From positions 1 to 54,335 of the IMG/VR virus record IMGVR_UViG_3300048895_000023: a stretch of DNA of 54,335 nt. One strand, given 5' to 3'. Position 1 is the stretch's first letter; every line of letters begins with the position of its first letter. The notes beneath the pieces were generated by a model. The model ran no database searches, had not been told where the DNA came from, and was given only the letters and a program-made list of their open reading frames with translations. Source of the stretch: a virus (lineage: Duplodnaviria > Caudoviricetes). Shown here piece after piece: positions 9,526 to 19,600 of the stretch. The position numbers were made by a program, and so were the translations under genes.

Positions 9526-9873
9526 ATGGCAAAGTACTACGGGGTAATCGGCTATGCCGAACCTAACCAAGTAGAGACTGCGCCAGGTGTGTGGGAGGAT
9601 GTCGTCGTAGAACGAAAGACCTACGGCGACATCCTTCGCAACAATAGGCGTTTGAACCCTGGAGAAACCGCTAATAACGAGATCACCGTGGGCAATACGC
9701 TTAGCATTGTTGAAGATGCTTATATTAAAGCTAACTTCTCAAACATAAGATACGTTGAATGGCTAGGAACTAAGTGGACTATATCTACAGTTGATGTGGT
9801 CCATCCTAGACTCAATCTAACGTTGGGGGGTGTTTACAATGGGCCGACGCCTAGCCCTCCAGTCTCTCCTTGA
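9526..9873 (+). CDS. putative head-to-tail stopper/head closure protein
   Basis: size and position directly after capsid; beta-rich. Confidence 0.55.
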   Translation: MAKYYGVIGYAEPNQVETAPGVWEDVVVERKTYGDILRNNRRLNPGETANNEITVGNTLSIVEDAYIKANFSNIRYVEWLGTKWTISTVDVVHPRLNLTLGGVYNGPTPSPPVSP

Positions 9874-10159
9874 GACGTTAATGGGAACCGAACCAGAGCA
9901 AAAGCTCAAGGTATATTTTCAGCCGAAGCCTAAGATGACACTAACCTATCCTTGTATTCTTTATGAACGAGATAGTGCTAGATCACACCATGCTGATAAC
10001 ATCCCATATTCACACACTAAGCGTTACCAGGTTACGGTCATAGACAAGAACCCGGATAGCGAAATTCCGGACAAGATTGCGGCACTACCGCTCTCCCGTT
10101 TTATACGGGCGTTTGCTGTGGACAATCTTACGCACGATATTTACTCACTATACTTCTAG
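9839..10159 (+). CDS. putative tail terminator
   Basis: VYFQP...YPCILY...YQVTVID pattern, directly before major tail gene. Confidence 0.6.
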   Translation: MGRRLALQSLLETLMGTEPEQKLKVYFQPKPKMTLTYPCILYERDSARSHHADNIPYSHTKRYQVTVIDKNPDSEIPDKIAALPLSRFIRAFAVDNLTHDIYSLYF

Positions 10160-10171
10160 AAAGGAAGTAAA

Positions 10172-11044
10172 ATGACTGAGCTCCTTTGGGATCAGACAGG
10201 TGAGCGCGAGTACGAGACTGGCGTCTCCAAGGGTGTATTGTTCCTCCCTGACGGCGCTGGTGTCTACGGCGAAGGATATGCTTGGAACGGTCTTACGGCC
10301 GTCACTGAGTCTCCTTCGGGCGCAGAAGTCACCAAGAAGTACGCAGACAATATCAACTACATCAGCCTCGTCTCGGCAGAGGAATTTGCCGGCACGATTG
10401 AGGCGTTTACATATCCTGACGAGTGGGAGCAGTGCGATGGTACGGCAACCCCGACTCCGGGTGTAAGCGTTGGTCAGCAGGCACGAAAGACCTTCGGTCT
10501 CTCTTACCAGACCCTCCTCGGCAATGACGTTGATGGCCAGGACTTCGGCTACAAGATTCACCTCGTTTGGGGCGGCCTCGCTGCACCTTCCGAGCGTGCA
10601 TATGCCACGGTCAACGACTCCCCGGATGCAATCACGCTGTCGTGGAAGTTCACGACCACGCCGATTCCAGTTCCAGGCCTCAAGCCGTCTGCAATCATCA
10701 TCATCAACTCGACCAAGGTAGCTCCTGATGCGCTTCTCGCGCTTGAGGCAGCCCTGTACGGCACCGAGGGCTCCGAGCCCCGTCTTCCGTCGCCGGCCGA
10801 GGTTCTTGCATTCTTCAGTGGTTCGGTTACTCAGGTAACCCCGACTGAGCCTGCATTCGACGACGCCACCAATGTCATCACGATTCCGGCCATCACGGGC
10901 GTAGTCTACAAGATCAATGGTGTTGTTAAGCCTTCGGGTCCGACCGCTCCGATCACTGAGGACGTCATGGTTAAGGCTACGCCTGCCATCGGCTACCAGT
11001 TCCCGGCAGTTGTCGACACCGACTGGTTCTACTCGGCTACCTAA
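10172..11044 (+). CDS. major tail (tube) protein with C-terminal Ig-like domain
   Basis: LLWDQTGEREYETGVSKGVLF...AWNGLTAVTESPSG...YADNINY; position; codon bias. Confidence 0.85.
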   Translation: MTELLWDQTGEREYETGVSKGVLFLPDGAGVYGEGYAWNGLTAVTESPSGAEVTKKYADNINYISLVSAEEFAGTIEAFTYPDEWEQCDGTATPTPGVSVGQQARKTFGLSYQTLLGNDVDGQDFGYKIHLVWGGLAAPSERAYATVNDSPDAITLSWKFTTTPIPVPGLKPSAIIIINSTKVAPDALLALEAALYGTEGSEPRLPSPAEVLAFFSGSVTQVTPTEPAFDDATNVITIPAITGVVYKINGVVKPSGPTAPITEDVMVKATPAIGYQFPAVVDTDWFYSAT

Positions 11045-11070
11045 GCCCTGACACGAAAGGAGACGAGAGA

Positions 11071-11622
11071 ATGCTCACACTTACAATTCCCGCAAAGGAA
11101 CTCTTTAACGATGAGACTCAAAAGTTCATCTATACCAAAGACCAAGTAATAGTGCTCGAGCATTCTCTCGTCTCCCTGTCAAAATGGGAGCAAGTTTGGA
11201 AGAAGCCTTTCCTTGGGAAAGAGCGCCGAACGACAGAAGAGACGATTGACTACATTAGATGCATGACAATTACACCGGATGTTCCCCCGGAAGTTTTCTC
11301 AGGCCTTTCTAATGACGAATTGGGCAAAATTAGCGACTACATCAATGACAAGATGACCGCTACTTGGTTCAATGAGGTGCCTGGTGCGCCCAAAGCTAAC
11401 TCTGGCGAGAGTATTACCGCCGAGATCATATATTACTGGCTCATCGCCTTGCAGATCGACTTCCAAGTCCAGGACTGGCACTTGAACCGTCTGCTTACTC
11501 TTATTCGTGTGGTCAACATTAAGAACGACCCGAAGAAGAAGCTGATGCCAAAGCGTGACGCAGCTCAACAGCAGCGAATGCTCAACGAAGAACGTAAGGT
11601 TCGCCTAGCAACGAAGGGGTAA
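11071..11622 (+). CDS. putative tail assembly chaperone
   Basis: follows major tail; WHLNRLLTLIRV motif; function from position. Confidence 0.5.
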   Translation: MLTLTIPAKELFNDETQKFIYTKDQVIVLEHSLVSLSKWEQVWKKPFLGKERRTTEETIDYIRCMTITPDVPPEVFSGLSNDELGKISDYINDKMTATWFNEVPGAPKANSGESITAEIIYYWLIALQIDFQVQDWHLNRLLTLIRVVNIKNDPKKKLMPKRDAAQQQRMLNEERKVRLATKG

Positions 11623-11625
11623 CAA

Positions 11626-12264
11626 ATGGCTAAGATTATTTGGGGCGCCATCGGAGCGCGAGGTTTCGAGGTCGGAGCAGATCGAGGAGTTCTATATCCT
11701 CCTTCCGGTATCGGAGTCCCCTGGAATGGTCTCATCTCTGTAGATGAATCCCCAACTGGTGGAGAGCCTAAGCCATATTACCTTGACGGAATTAAGTATC
11801 TTCAGGTAGCTAGTGCTGAAGAGTTCGATGCCTCTATCAAGGCCTTCTCGGCACCAACTGAGTTCGATATTTGCGATGGAACAGCTGCTCTTTATGCCGG
11901 TCTGTTCATCACCCAGCAGCCGCGTAAGCAGTTCGGGTTTGCGTATCGTACGCTCATTGGTAACGACGTGGATGGTTCAGATCACGGTTACAAGATTCAT
12001 ATCGTCTATAATGCCCTTGCGAAGCCCACGAGCCGTAACAACCAGTCCATTGGAGCCAGCACGGAACCTATCGACTTGAGTTGGGATATTTCTACGGTCC
12101 CTCCAACAATTACGGGCGTTAAACCTTCTGCGCATATCGTCATCAGTTCACTGACGGCATCTAGCGCTCACCTAATCGCTGTGGAGAACATTCTCTATGG
12201 CACCGATACAGTGGCTCCTCGTCAGCCTACGATTGCGGAGCTCATTACTATATTCGGGAGTTAG
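11626..12264 (+). CDS. tail tube paralogue 2
   Basis: IIWGAIGARGFEVGADRGVLY...PWNGLISVDESPTG...YRTLIGNDVDGSDHGYKIHIVY aligns with 10172..11044. Confidence 0.8.
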   Translation: MAKIIWGAIGARGFEVGADRGVLYPPSGIGVPWNGLISVDESPTGGEPKPYYLDGIKYLQVASAEEFDASIKAFSAPTEFDICDGTAALYAGLFITQQPRKQFGFAYRTLIGNDVDGSDHGYKIHIVYNALAKPTSRNNQSIGASTEPIDLSWDISTVPPTITGVKPSAHIVISSLTASSAHLIAVENILYGTDTVAPRQPTIAELITIFGS

Positions 12265-12265
12265 G

Positions 12266-13048
12266 ATGAAACTAAGTTGGGATGAAGTCGGCACTCACGA
12301 GTATGAGGTTGGTGTCGACCGAGGCGTATTCTACCCTCAGACAGGTCCTGGCGTCCCATGGAACGGTCTTCTGAAGGTTAATGAGGAAGCTCAGGGAACA
12401 GGCCAACTCGCCATCTATATTGATGGACAGAGACGAACCAATCAACTAGACCTCGGAACTTTCGGAGGCTCTATTGAGGCATTCACATATCCTGACGAGT
12501 TCCTTCCATACGACGGTTACTCAGAACCTATGTTCTCAGGCCAGAAACGCCCTGAGTTTGATCTTACATACCGAACGTTGCTTGCTGATGATATTTCTGG
12601 TACCGATCGAGGGTATCGTCTACACCTAGTTTACAATTGTATGGTTACTCCATCGAATAGAACCAACGGAACGCTTAATGCATCTGTTGATATTTCCACT
12701 TTCAATTGGAAACTTTCGACTAGGCCAGAAGCACTTCCGTATGATCGACCAACGGCACATCTATATTTGGAATCACCGAATGTTGAAGGCGCAGCTCTCT
12801 CAGCTATTGAAAACATTCTCTATGGAACCAGTACCACCAATCCTAGAATGCCTACAATAGCTGAGATCATAGCTATATTTGAAGCTAATGCAATCTTCAT
12901 CGTCATCAATCACGGAGATGGTACTGCAACAGTAACCGGTCCTGATGATTGGGTCTTTCCGGATGCGATAGATCCAACTCTTTGGACTCTTGCCTCTCCG
13001 TCAATATTTCCACTTGGCGATCACCAGTACAAAGTCAGCTCATATTAG
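12266..13048 (+). CDS. tail tube paralogue 3
   Basis: LSWDEVGTHEYEVGVDRGVFY...PWNGL...IEAFTYPDEF...GYRLHLVY aligns with both other tube genes; ATG 12266. Confidence 0.8.
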   Translation: MKLSWDEVGTHEYEVGVDRGVFYPQTGPGVPWNGLLKVNEEAQGTGQLAIYIDGQRRTNQLDLGTFGGSIEAFTYPDEFLPYDGYSEPMFSGQKRPEFDLTYRTLLADDISGTDRGYRLHLVYNCMVTPSNRTNGTLNASVDISTFNWKLSTRPEALPYDRPTAHLYLESPNVEGAALSAIENILYGTSTTNPRMPTIAEIIAIFEANAIFIVINHGDGTATVTGPDDWVFPDAIDPTLWTLASPSIFPLGDHQYKVSSY

Positions 13049-13060
13049 AAAGGAGCCAGC

Positions 13061-14923
13061 ATGGGCACCGTTACAGTCTACGATTCAACCCGAATGAAAG
13101 AGATAGAAGACGGTACAGTAGTATCAGGTGAAGTTGATGTTGACGGAAACCTTATTCTCACGCACCATGATGGCTCTACGGTTAACGCCGGTTATGTGGT
13201 TGGTCCTATGCCGACAATGCTCATCTCTTATAGAAACGCTGCGTCTGCGCCGTCCACGTATCCTCTAGGCCTTTCTTATATGCCTATATCAGCTATTGAT
13301 GACTGGCCTATTGATACTGCGATCTTATTTAGTGTTAAATCAGCAGCTTCTAACCGAATGTTTCAACAGCTAGTTGATAAAGAAACAACTCGTGTTTGGA
13401 TGCGTTCCGAAAACACAGGAGACACTTGGATTGCATGGAGAGAAATAACAGGAGATGCAACCTCCACCGTAAAAGGTCTAGTTGAACTAGCCACTCTTGG
13501 CGAGATGACAACTGGCACTAGTCAGGTTCTTGCAGCTACCCCGGAGGGAGTACGTCAAGAACGCAACCGAGTAAGTCAGTTTACCGGAATCATCGAAGCT
13601 GGGTGGTCTGGTGGACAGCCGAACGTAGTTCTTGATGCAGGTCAAGCATATTCTGGAACTGTTCAGGCGATTCTTCCACCTAACGAAGATCAGTCGATTA
13701 AAGCTGGGGCTAGGGTTGTTCTAACCATTACTAATGGTGGTTTCTGGACTATTCTAAGTTCATATGGCTCCAAACCTAAGTTCATGCGCCAGATTCCTGG
13801 TCAATTGGAACCTGGTTCCGGTTGGGTTATGTACACCGACACAATTACAACGGATCCAAGTCATACATTCGGCGAAGGCCCTGCTGCGTGGGGTGGTGCT
13901 GCTATTGGTGCTGATAGTAGTATTGCTGGAAATTTCTATATTACGTGTACGTCCACAGGTATCGTATCGCTAATGGGACTAATAAATAGAGCTGCCGGTA
14001 ACCCCGCAGTCAACTCTATAATTGGTCGATTTCCAATTAGTTTGGCTCCCGCTCGTAATCAGTTCTTTGGACTAGTGGCTAATAATCTTCACGCTCAAGT
14101 AGCTATATGCACCGACGGAACAATTCGTTATCTTACCGGCGCCGCAGCAAGTTATTTCTCGTTGAACGGTATACAGTGGAGAACCGCCGCATCAGTTACA
14201 GCCGGACTAGCCACGTTTGTACCTCTGACCCTGATTTCTGGTTGGGGTCTGATGAACTCTGCAGCTTGGACCGGCGAGCCAGGATCAACCATCCATACTC
14301 CCGGCTATACTATTGACGGCGATAAGGTAGCTATCTTTGAGGGGATCGTTGGAGCAACAGTAGCTAAGGCTGCGCTGGCAGACATATCGGTCCTCTCTGG
14401 GCTTACGCCGGCAATGTCTATCCACTGTCATTCGGCATTTTCTGGCGGATTCAACTACATTCGTATTGGCGGCTCAGCTGGCGCGGGCGGCGTTGGAAAC
14501 ACTTTGAACCTTGGTATAGCTATTGCTGCTGGTGGATACATGTCTCTCGCTAATGTCCTATGGCTAGACTCATCGTCCACGACTACTAAACGAGTTGTTC
14601 CTGGAATCTCGGGGGTTAACGGTTGGACGAACTATGGTGCCACCCAGTTTGCTCCAGCAAATGCTGCAAAAACTCCGGATGGTTTCTGTATGTTGTTTGG
14701 TCTATGGACCGCAGGCACAGTTGGGCAGATTATGACCTTCATGCCTCCCGAATGGCGGCCACGGTTCATGTCAATCCATCCGAACGTCTCTAATGCAGCA
14801 TTTGGGCGAATAGATCTAGGAAACCCGGCAACTCCTAACAGAGGATCCCAAGGTCCTCTATCGTCTGTAGGATCAAACGTTTGGAACTCCCTAGATGGGA
14901 TAGCCTGGCCAGCATACGTATAA
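13061..14923 (+). CDS. minor tail / tail fibre (receptor-binding) protein
   Basis: DATSTVKGLVELAT...LAATP fibre repeat; repeated Gly/Trp-rich beta domains (GW...Y...G.V.L.G...P). Confidence 0.75.
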   Translation: MGTVTVYDSTRMKEIEDGTVVSGEVDVDGNLILTHHDGSTVNAGYVVGPMPTMLISYRNAASAPSTYPLGLSYMPISAIDDWPIDTAILFSVKSAASNRMFQQLVDKETTRVWMRSENTGDTWIAWREITGDATSTVKGLVELATLGEMTTGTSQVLAATPEGVRQERNRVSQFTGIIEAGWSGGQPNVVLDAGQAYSGTVQAILPPNEDQSIKAGARVVLTITNGGFWTILSSYGSKPKFMRQIPGQLEPGSGWVMYTDTITTDPSHTFGEGPAAWGGAAIGADSSIAGNFYITCTSTGIVSLMGLINRAAGNPAVNSIIGRFPISLAPARNQFFGLVANNLHAQVAICTDGTIRYLTGAAASYFSLNGIQWRTAASVTAGLATFVPLTLISGWGLMNSAAWTGEPGSTIHTPGYTIDGDKVAIFEGIVGATVAKAALADISVLSGLTPAMSIHCHSAFSGGFNYIRIGGSAGAGGVGNTLNLGIAIAAGGYMSLANVLWLDSSSTTTKRVVPGISGVNGWTNYGATQFAPANAAKTPDGFCMLFGLWTAGTVGQIMTFMPPEWRPRFMSIHPNVSNAAFGRIDLGNPATPNRGSQGPLSSVGSNVWNSLDGIAWPAYV

Positions 14924-14931
14924 GGAGTGAC

Positions 14932-15087
14932 ATGGATCAGTTTTATCGATCTACAGAACTATACACTGTAGAAAAAGTAACAGACTCGACTAATAGTGCG
15001 ATCAATCAAGTGACAAACTCGCAGGGGATGGTCACGGCTAGACTGACCGACGAAGAATTCGCAAATCAGTTCGAACCAATTGAATAA
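14932..15087 (+). CDS. small hypothetical protein
   Basis: RBS TAAGGAG, ATG 14932, 51 aa. Confidence 0.6.
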   Translation: MDQFYRSTELYTVEKVTDSTNSAINQVTNSQGMVTARLTDEEFANQFEPIE

Positions 15088-15105
15088 AATCAAAATGGGA
15101 GTATT

Positions 15106-16191
15106 ATGTCAGGACCAATGATCTTCAACCCAGCCGAAGGAGGCGCGCTCAAGGTATCTTGGGCAGCTCACTCCGGCGCCAAGGGAGAAGACTGGGATAT
15201 TGGCGACGATGATCCAGTCACTCCAGGCAATCAGAACCAGGATGGTAGCGGACGTACACGAAAGATTACTGCTGGAGTCACAGGAGTAGTCACAAGTGTC
15301 GGCGGACCATATAATGAAGTAGTAATTAAGATCGATAATGACCCCCTGGGTCGTTCACGTCGGTCTTGTGAGCATGCAGTTATTCGGGTAGCCAAGGGGG
15401 ATCATATTATTGACGCCTTCCGGGTGGTCGGTGAAGGCGCTCTATTCCGTAAGGATTCATTTTTCCCCAACGGATCATACCGCTTCTTGCATCTCAATGG
15501 CTTCGACTCCAGAGGTAACCGTATTCCTGATTCAGGCATGGTTACTCACACACAAACGCAAGTTAAGGAGGCTATGACTGTGGAACCTTCCGAGCGAATG
15601 GCGAATGCGACGGGCTCAAACGCTCGAACTCTGCCAACGACGGTTGGAACGACTATCGTTCCACCAGCAAGCATTAGTAAGAATACTTCGGCGTTCTTTG
15701 ATGGTTGGATTACTGGTTCTGATCCTTATGGGACTGGAAACACTAACTGGTTCTCACGAATCTTCAATGGTGTTCGTTACTTCTATCACTCGAGCGGCTT
15801 CACTGACGCTGGAACCCACGATCTGAAGAATCTCAACACGTACTCCGTGCTGTTTGATACTGAGGATGGCGTTCCTGAGGATTACATCCTGAAGACCTTC
15901 GTTGGGGATCCAATTGGGAAGCCCGCTGAGGATCCAACTAAGGAAAACTTTACCTTTGCAGGTTGGGTGGACTCTAATGGAACCGAATGGAACTTCGCAA
16001 CTCCAGTTCCGGGCAACCTTACGCTGTTTGCGAAGTGGACTCCAGTTCCCAATAGCGGTAATGCTCCTACGATCGAAGAGATTAAGGAAGCTCTACAACC
16101 GCAGTTCGACGAGATCAAGGAATTGATCCGTAACCAGAAGTTCAACGTGACTTCAACCGGAACTGCCGTTCAGGAAACACCTGTTCAGTAA
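15106..16191 (+). CDS. putative endolysin (divergent M23-like peptidase, SH3-like region, InlB B-type repeat)
   Basis: HSGAKGEDW...CEH...FLHL resembles M23 metal ligands; YSVLFDT...PAEDPTKENFTFAGW...WNFATPVPGNLTLFAKW is a Listeria-Bacteroides repeat. Confidence 0.55.
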   Translation: MSGPMIFNPAEGGALKVSWAAHSGAKGEDWDIGDDDPVTPGNQNQDGSGRTRKITAGVTGVVTSVGGPYNEVVIKIDNDPLGRSRRSCEHAVIRVAKGDHIIDAFRVVGEGALFRKDSFFPNGSYRFLHLNGFDSRGNRIPDSGMVTHTQTQVKEAMTVEPSERMANATGSNARTLPTTVGTTIVPPASISKNTSAFFDGWITGSDPYGTGNTNWFSRIFNGVRYFYHSSGFTDAGTHDLKNLNTYSVLFDTEDGVPEDYILKTFVGDPIGKPAEDPTKENFTFAGWVDSNGTEWNFATPVPGNLTLFAKWTPVPNSGNAPTIEEIKEALQPQFDEIKELIRNQKFNVTSTGTAVQETPVQ

Positions 16192-16208
16192 AACAGTCAA
16201 AATGGGAG

Positions 16209-16601
16209 GTGATTGTGGGAATCGTATCTGTCAAATCTAGTGGTAACACCAACAACCTTGAGGCCTTCCTTAAGGAGATGCAGGCTAACTCTATGTTTGA
16301 CATGCTCGAGTCCGAAGCACAACGCGGAGTCGAAGCACTCGAAGCCGCAACCCCCCGCAGGAGTGGTGTAACTGCTTCCAGCTGGTACTACGAAATTACC
16401 ACGCACGGAAGCAGTTACACCATAACCTGGATGAACTCGAACAGAGACCCTGAAGGAGTTCAAATCGTTATCATGCTTCAGTATGGTCACGCAACAGGTA
16501 CTGATGGATACGTCCAAGGTCTTGATTTTATCAACCCGGTAACCAAAGTCATATTTGATGACATTGAAGACGCTGTATGGAAGGCGGTGCAGTCAGCATG
16601 A
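16209..16601 (+). CDS. HK97 gp10-like tail completion protein
   Basis: ALEAATPRRSGVTASSW...LQYGH; precedes tape measure gene. Confidence 0.6.
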   Translation: MIVGIVSVKSSGNTNNLEAFLKEMQANSMFDMLESEAQRGVEALEAATPRRSGVTASSWYYEITTHGSSYTITWMNSNRDPEGVQIVIMLQYGHATGTDGYVQGLDFINPVTKVIFDDIEDAVWKAVQSA

Positions 16602-19600
16602 GTAGTATTGATGATCGCGTCGTAAACATGCAGTTTAACAACGCCCAGTTCCAGGCAGGAATCACAGAAACCAACGCTAGTATCCTTGAGCTTAAGGATA
16701 ATTTGCAGCTCCAGGGGGCCACTGACGGCCTTGACGAGGTGCAATTTGCCGCTGATCGATTCTCCCTGTCGAACATCGAGAATGCCCTTGACCATATCGC
16801 AAGTATGTTCAGCACTTTCGGCGTTATTGCTTTCACGGTTCTTCAGAAGGTTACCAACTTCGCTATTGACGCGGGTGCTAAGATGGCTAACGCTATCCTT
16901 GAGCCCATCGTTCAAGGTGGAGCCAAGAGAGCTCTAGCTCTCCAGCAAGCCAAATTCCAATTCCGAGGCCTAGGTCTCGACGTCCAGGCAACAATGGACA
17001 CCGCTCTTGCCGCGGTTAAGAACACGGCTTTCGGTCTAGACGACGCAGCTACTGCTGCAGCTCAGTTCGGTGCATCAGGCATTACCGCGGGTCACGGCCT
17101 CCTCGAGGCTCTCCGTGGTATTGCTGGCGTCGCTGCTCAGAGTGGTTCTTCCTTCGAGTCCGTAGCCCAGACCTTCGAGTCAATCGCAGGTAATGGCCGA
17201 CTTATGGGTCAAGACCTCCTGAGCCTCTCGAGCAAGGGCATTAACGCCGCTGCCACTCTGGCAAAGTCTATGGGCATCAGCGAAGCAGCAGTTCGCAAGA
17301 TGGTTTCTGAGGGTAAGATCAGCTTCTCTCAGTTCTCTGATGCGATGAACGCCGCTTTCGGTGAGAACGCTAAGAAGGCTAATGAGACCTACACTGGTGC
17401 TCTCTCGAACATGCGTGCTGCGCTTGCTCGTATTGGCGCTGAAGTAGCTTCTCCTTGGTTCTTCTTCATGCGTGACATGTTCAACGAGCTTACTCCGATC
17501 ATTGACGCCGTCCACGTGGCTCTACAGCCACTTCTGGATGATATTGCTGCTTTCCTTGGCTTTGCCTCGGGTCGCGGTAAGGGCATCATCAATGAAATCC
17601 TCGGCCCAGGTATCGTTGAATCCATCAGCAATGTTGTAACTGCTATTCGGACTATCGGTGGAGTTCTCGAGAAGGGTTTCCGGACTATATTCCCGGAGAA
17701 CACCACCGTCCAACTGAGCAACGTATCAAAGTTCCTCACGACCATCACTGAAGCCCTTATTCCAACGGAGTATGAGGCTGGACAGCTCCAAACGACCTTT
17801 GCAGGGCTCTTCGCGATATTTGACATAGTGGGTAGAGTTATCTACGAACTGGTCAGAGGTTTCGCAGAGCTCTTCGGTTTCGCCACTGAAGGATCCGGAA
17901 CGATTCTTGACTTTACCTCCACCGTTGGTGGATTTATTGTTAAGATCGATGAGGCAGTTAAGACAACTACCTTCTTCCGTGATTTCTTCCAGGCTCTAGC
18001 GGGTATTCTGGCTGGTCCAATCGCCATCCTTAAGGTGATCATTGGTGTTATCGGCGACTTCGTATATTCACTGCAGCACATGGACACTGGCGGATTCGAT
18101 GACTTTGCAGACAAGGTTAAGGAACGATTCAAGGGTCTTGCGACTCTTGGGGAGTTCTTTGATGGCTTCTGGAAGGGCATTGTCGAGACGGCTCAGAAGG
18201 CGTGGGAGTTCCTTCGCCCCGTATTTGAGCTCATTGGTTCAGCCATTGGCGTTGCTGTTGACAAGATCAAGGAATCTCTGAGTCAACTCAGTTTCCAGGA
18301 TGGCGCACAGCTTCTCAATGCTGGTCTCTTTGGTACGTTTATTCTTGTGATTAGTAAGTTCTTCGATACTATCAAGGGAATCATATCTGGAGATGGTCTA
18401 CCCCTCGTAGAGAGCATTAAGGGTGTCTTTGGATCCCTTAAGGATCAGATATCTGCGATGACCAAGAACACAAACGCCAAGACGCTTAAGGAAATCGCAA
18501 TCGCGGTTGCTCTTCTTGCCGCCTCAGCAATTGCTCTTAGTTTGGTTGATCAAGGAAAGCTTACGTATGCTCTTGGCCTTATGGCTGGGCTTATTAAGGG
18601 CCTTCTCTTGGCGTTCACCGCCTTCTCTAACACTGAGACTCCGGCGGGCATCAAGAATCTCCTTGCGATGTCAGCAGCACTTCAGATCATGGCTGGAGCT
18701 ATATTTACGCTCTCTCTGTCTATCGTTCTATTGGCAGTATTACCTCTGGATCGTCTTGGGCAGGGTCTTGCAGCAATCATTCTTCTTCTCTATGCAATGG
18801 TTGGAGCCTTCAAGCTTCTGTCAAAGTCTGGACCAGAACTACTGTTTGCAGCAGGCGCAATTGCGATCATCGCACCAGCGATTCTACTATTGGCCGGAGC
18901 AGTGGCTATATTTGCTGCCCTACCTCTACCAAACCTTGCTCAGGGTGTAGCCGCATTCGCTGCGGTACTTATTGTCCTCACAGGGGCAATGCTTCTCTTG
19001 GGTCTGGCTAAGGAAGAGGTAATCGTAGGGGCTTTGGCAATCTCTTTGGTTGCCCCAGCTATTACCCTATTGGCCGGAGCAGTAGCTATATTTGCTGCCC
19101 TACCTCTGCCTAACCTAATTCAGGGTGTTGCTGCCTTTGCTGGGGTTCTCCTTATCCTCACAGGGGCAATGCTTCTCCTGGGTTTGGCCAAAGAACAAGC
19201 GCTTATTGGAGCAGCGGCAATCGTTATCGTGGCAGGGGCCATGGTCCTTATTATTGAGGCCATTGCGCTCCTTAGCCTCGTTCCAGCAGATAAGCTACTT
19301 GCTGGAATGCTAACCTTTGCTGCGGCAGTAATCATATTGGTCGGTGCAGTGCTACTTCTTGGGCTCGCTCAGGAAGCATCACTTGCCGGCTCAATTGCCC
19401 TTATTGCTATTGCCTTTGCTATGTCTATGCTGGCACCAGCGCTCCTCCTTCTTGCCCAAATTCCTTGGGAAGGTGTAGGTCCTGCGCTTACTATGCTGGC
19501 AGCGTCAATTGGTATCCTAGCGGTTGGTGGAATTCTCCTTATTCCAGCGTCGGTTGGTTTTATGCTCTTCGGCATAGCCCTCCTGATGATTGGTGGAGCT

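Noticed and set aside
11071-11622. Programmed frameshift in tail assembly chaperone
   Set aside because: Single continuous ORF, not adjacent to the tape measure gene, and no second overlapping frame that needs one
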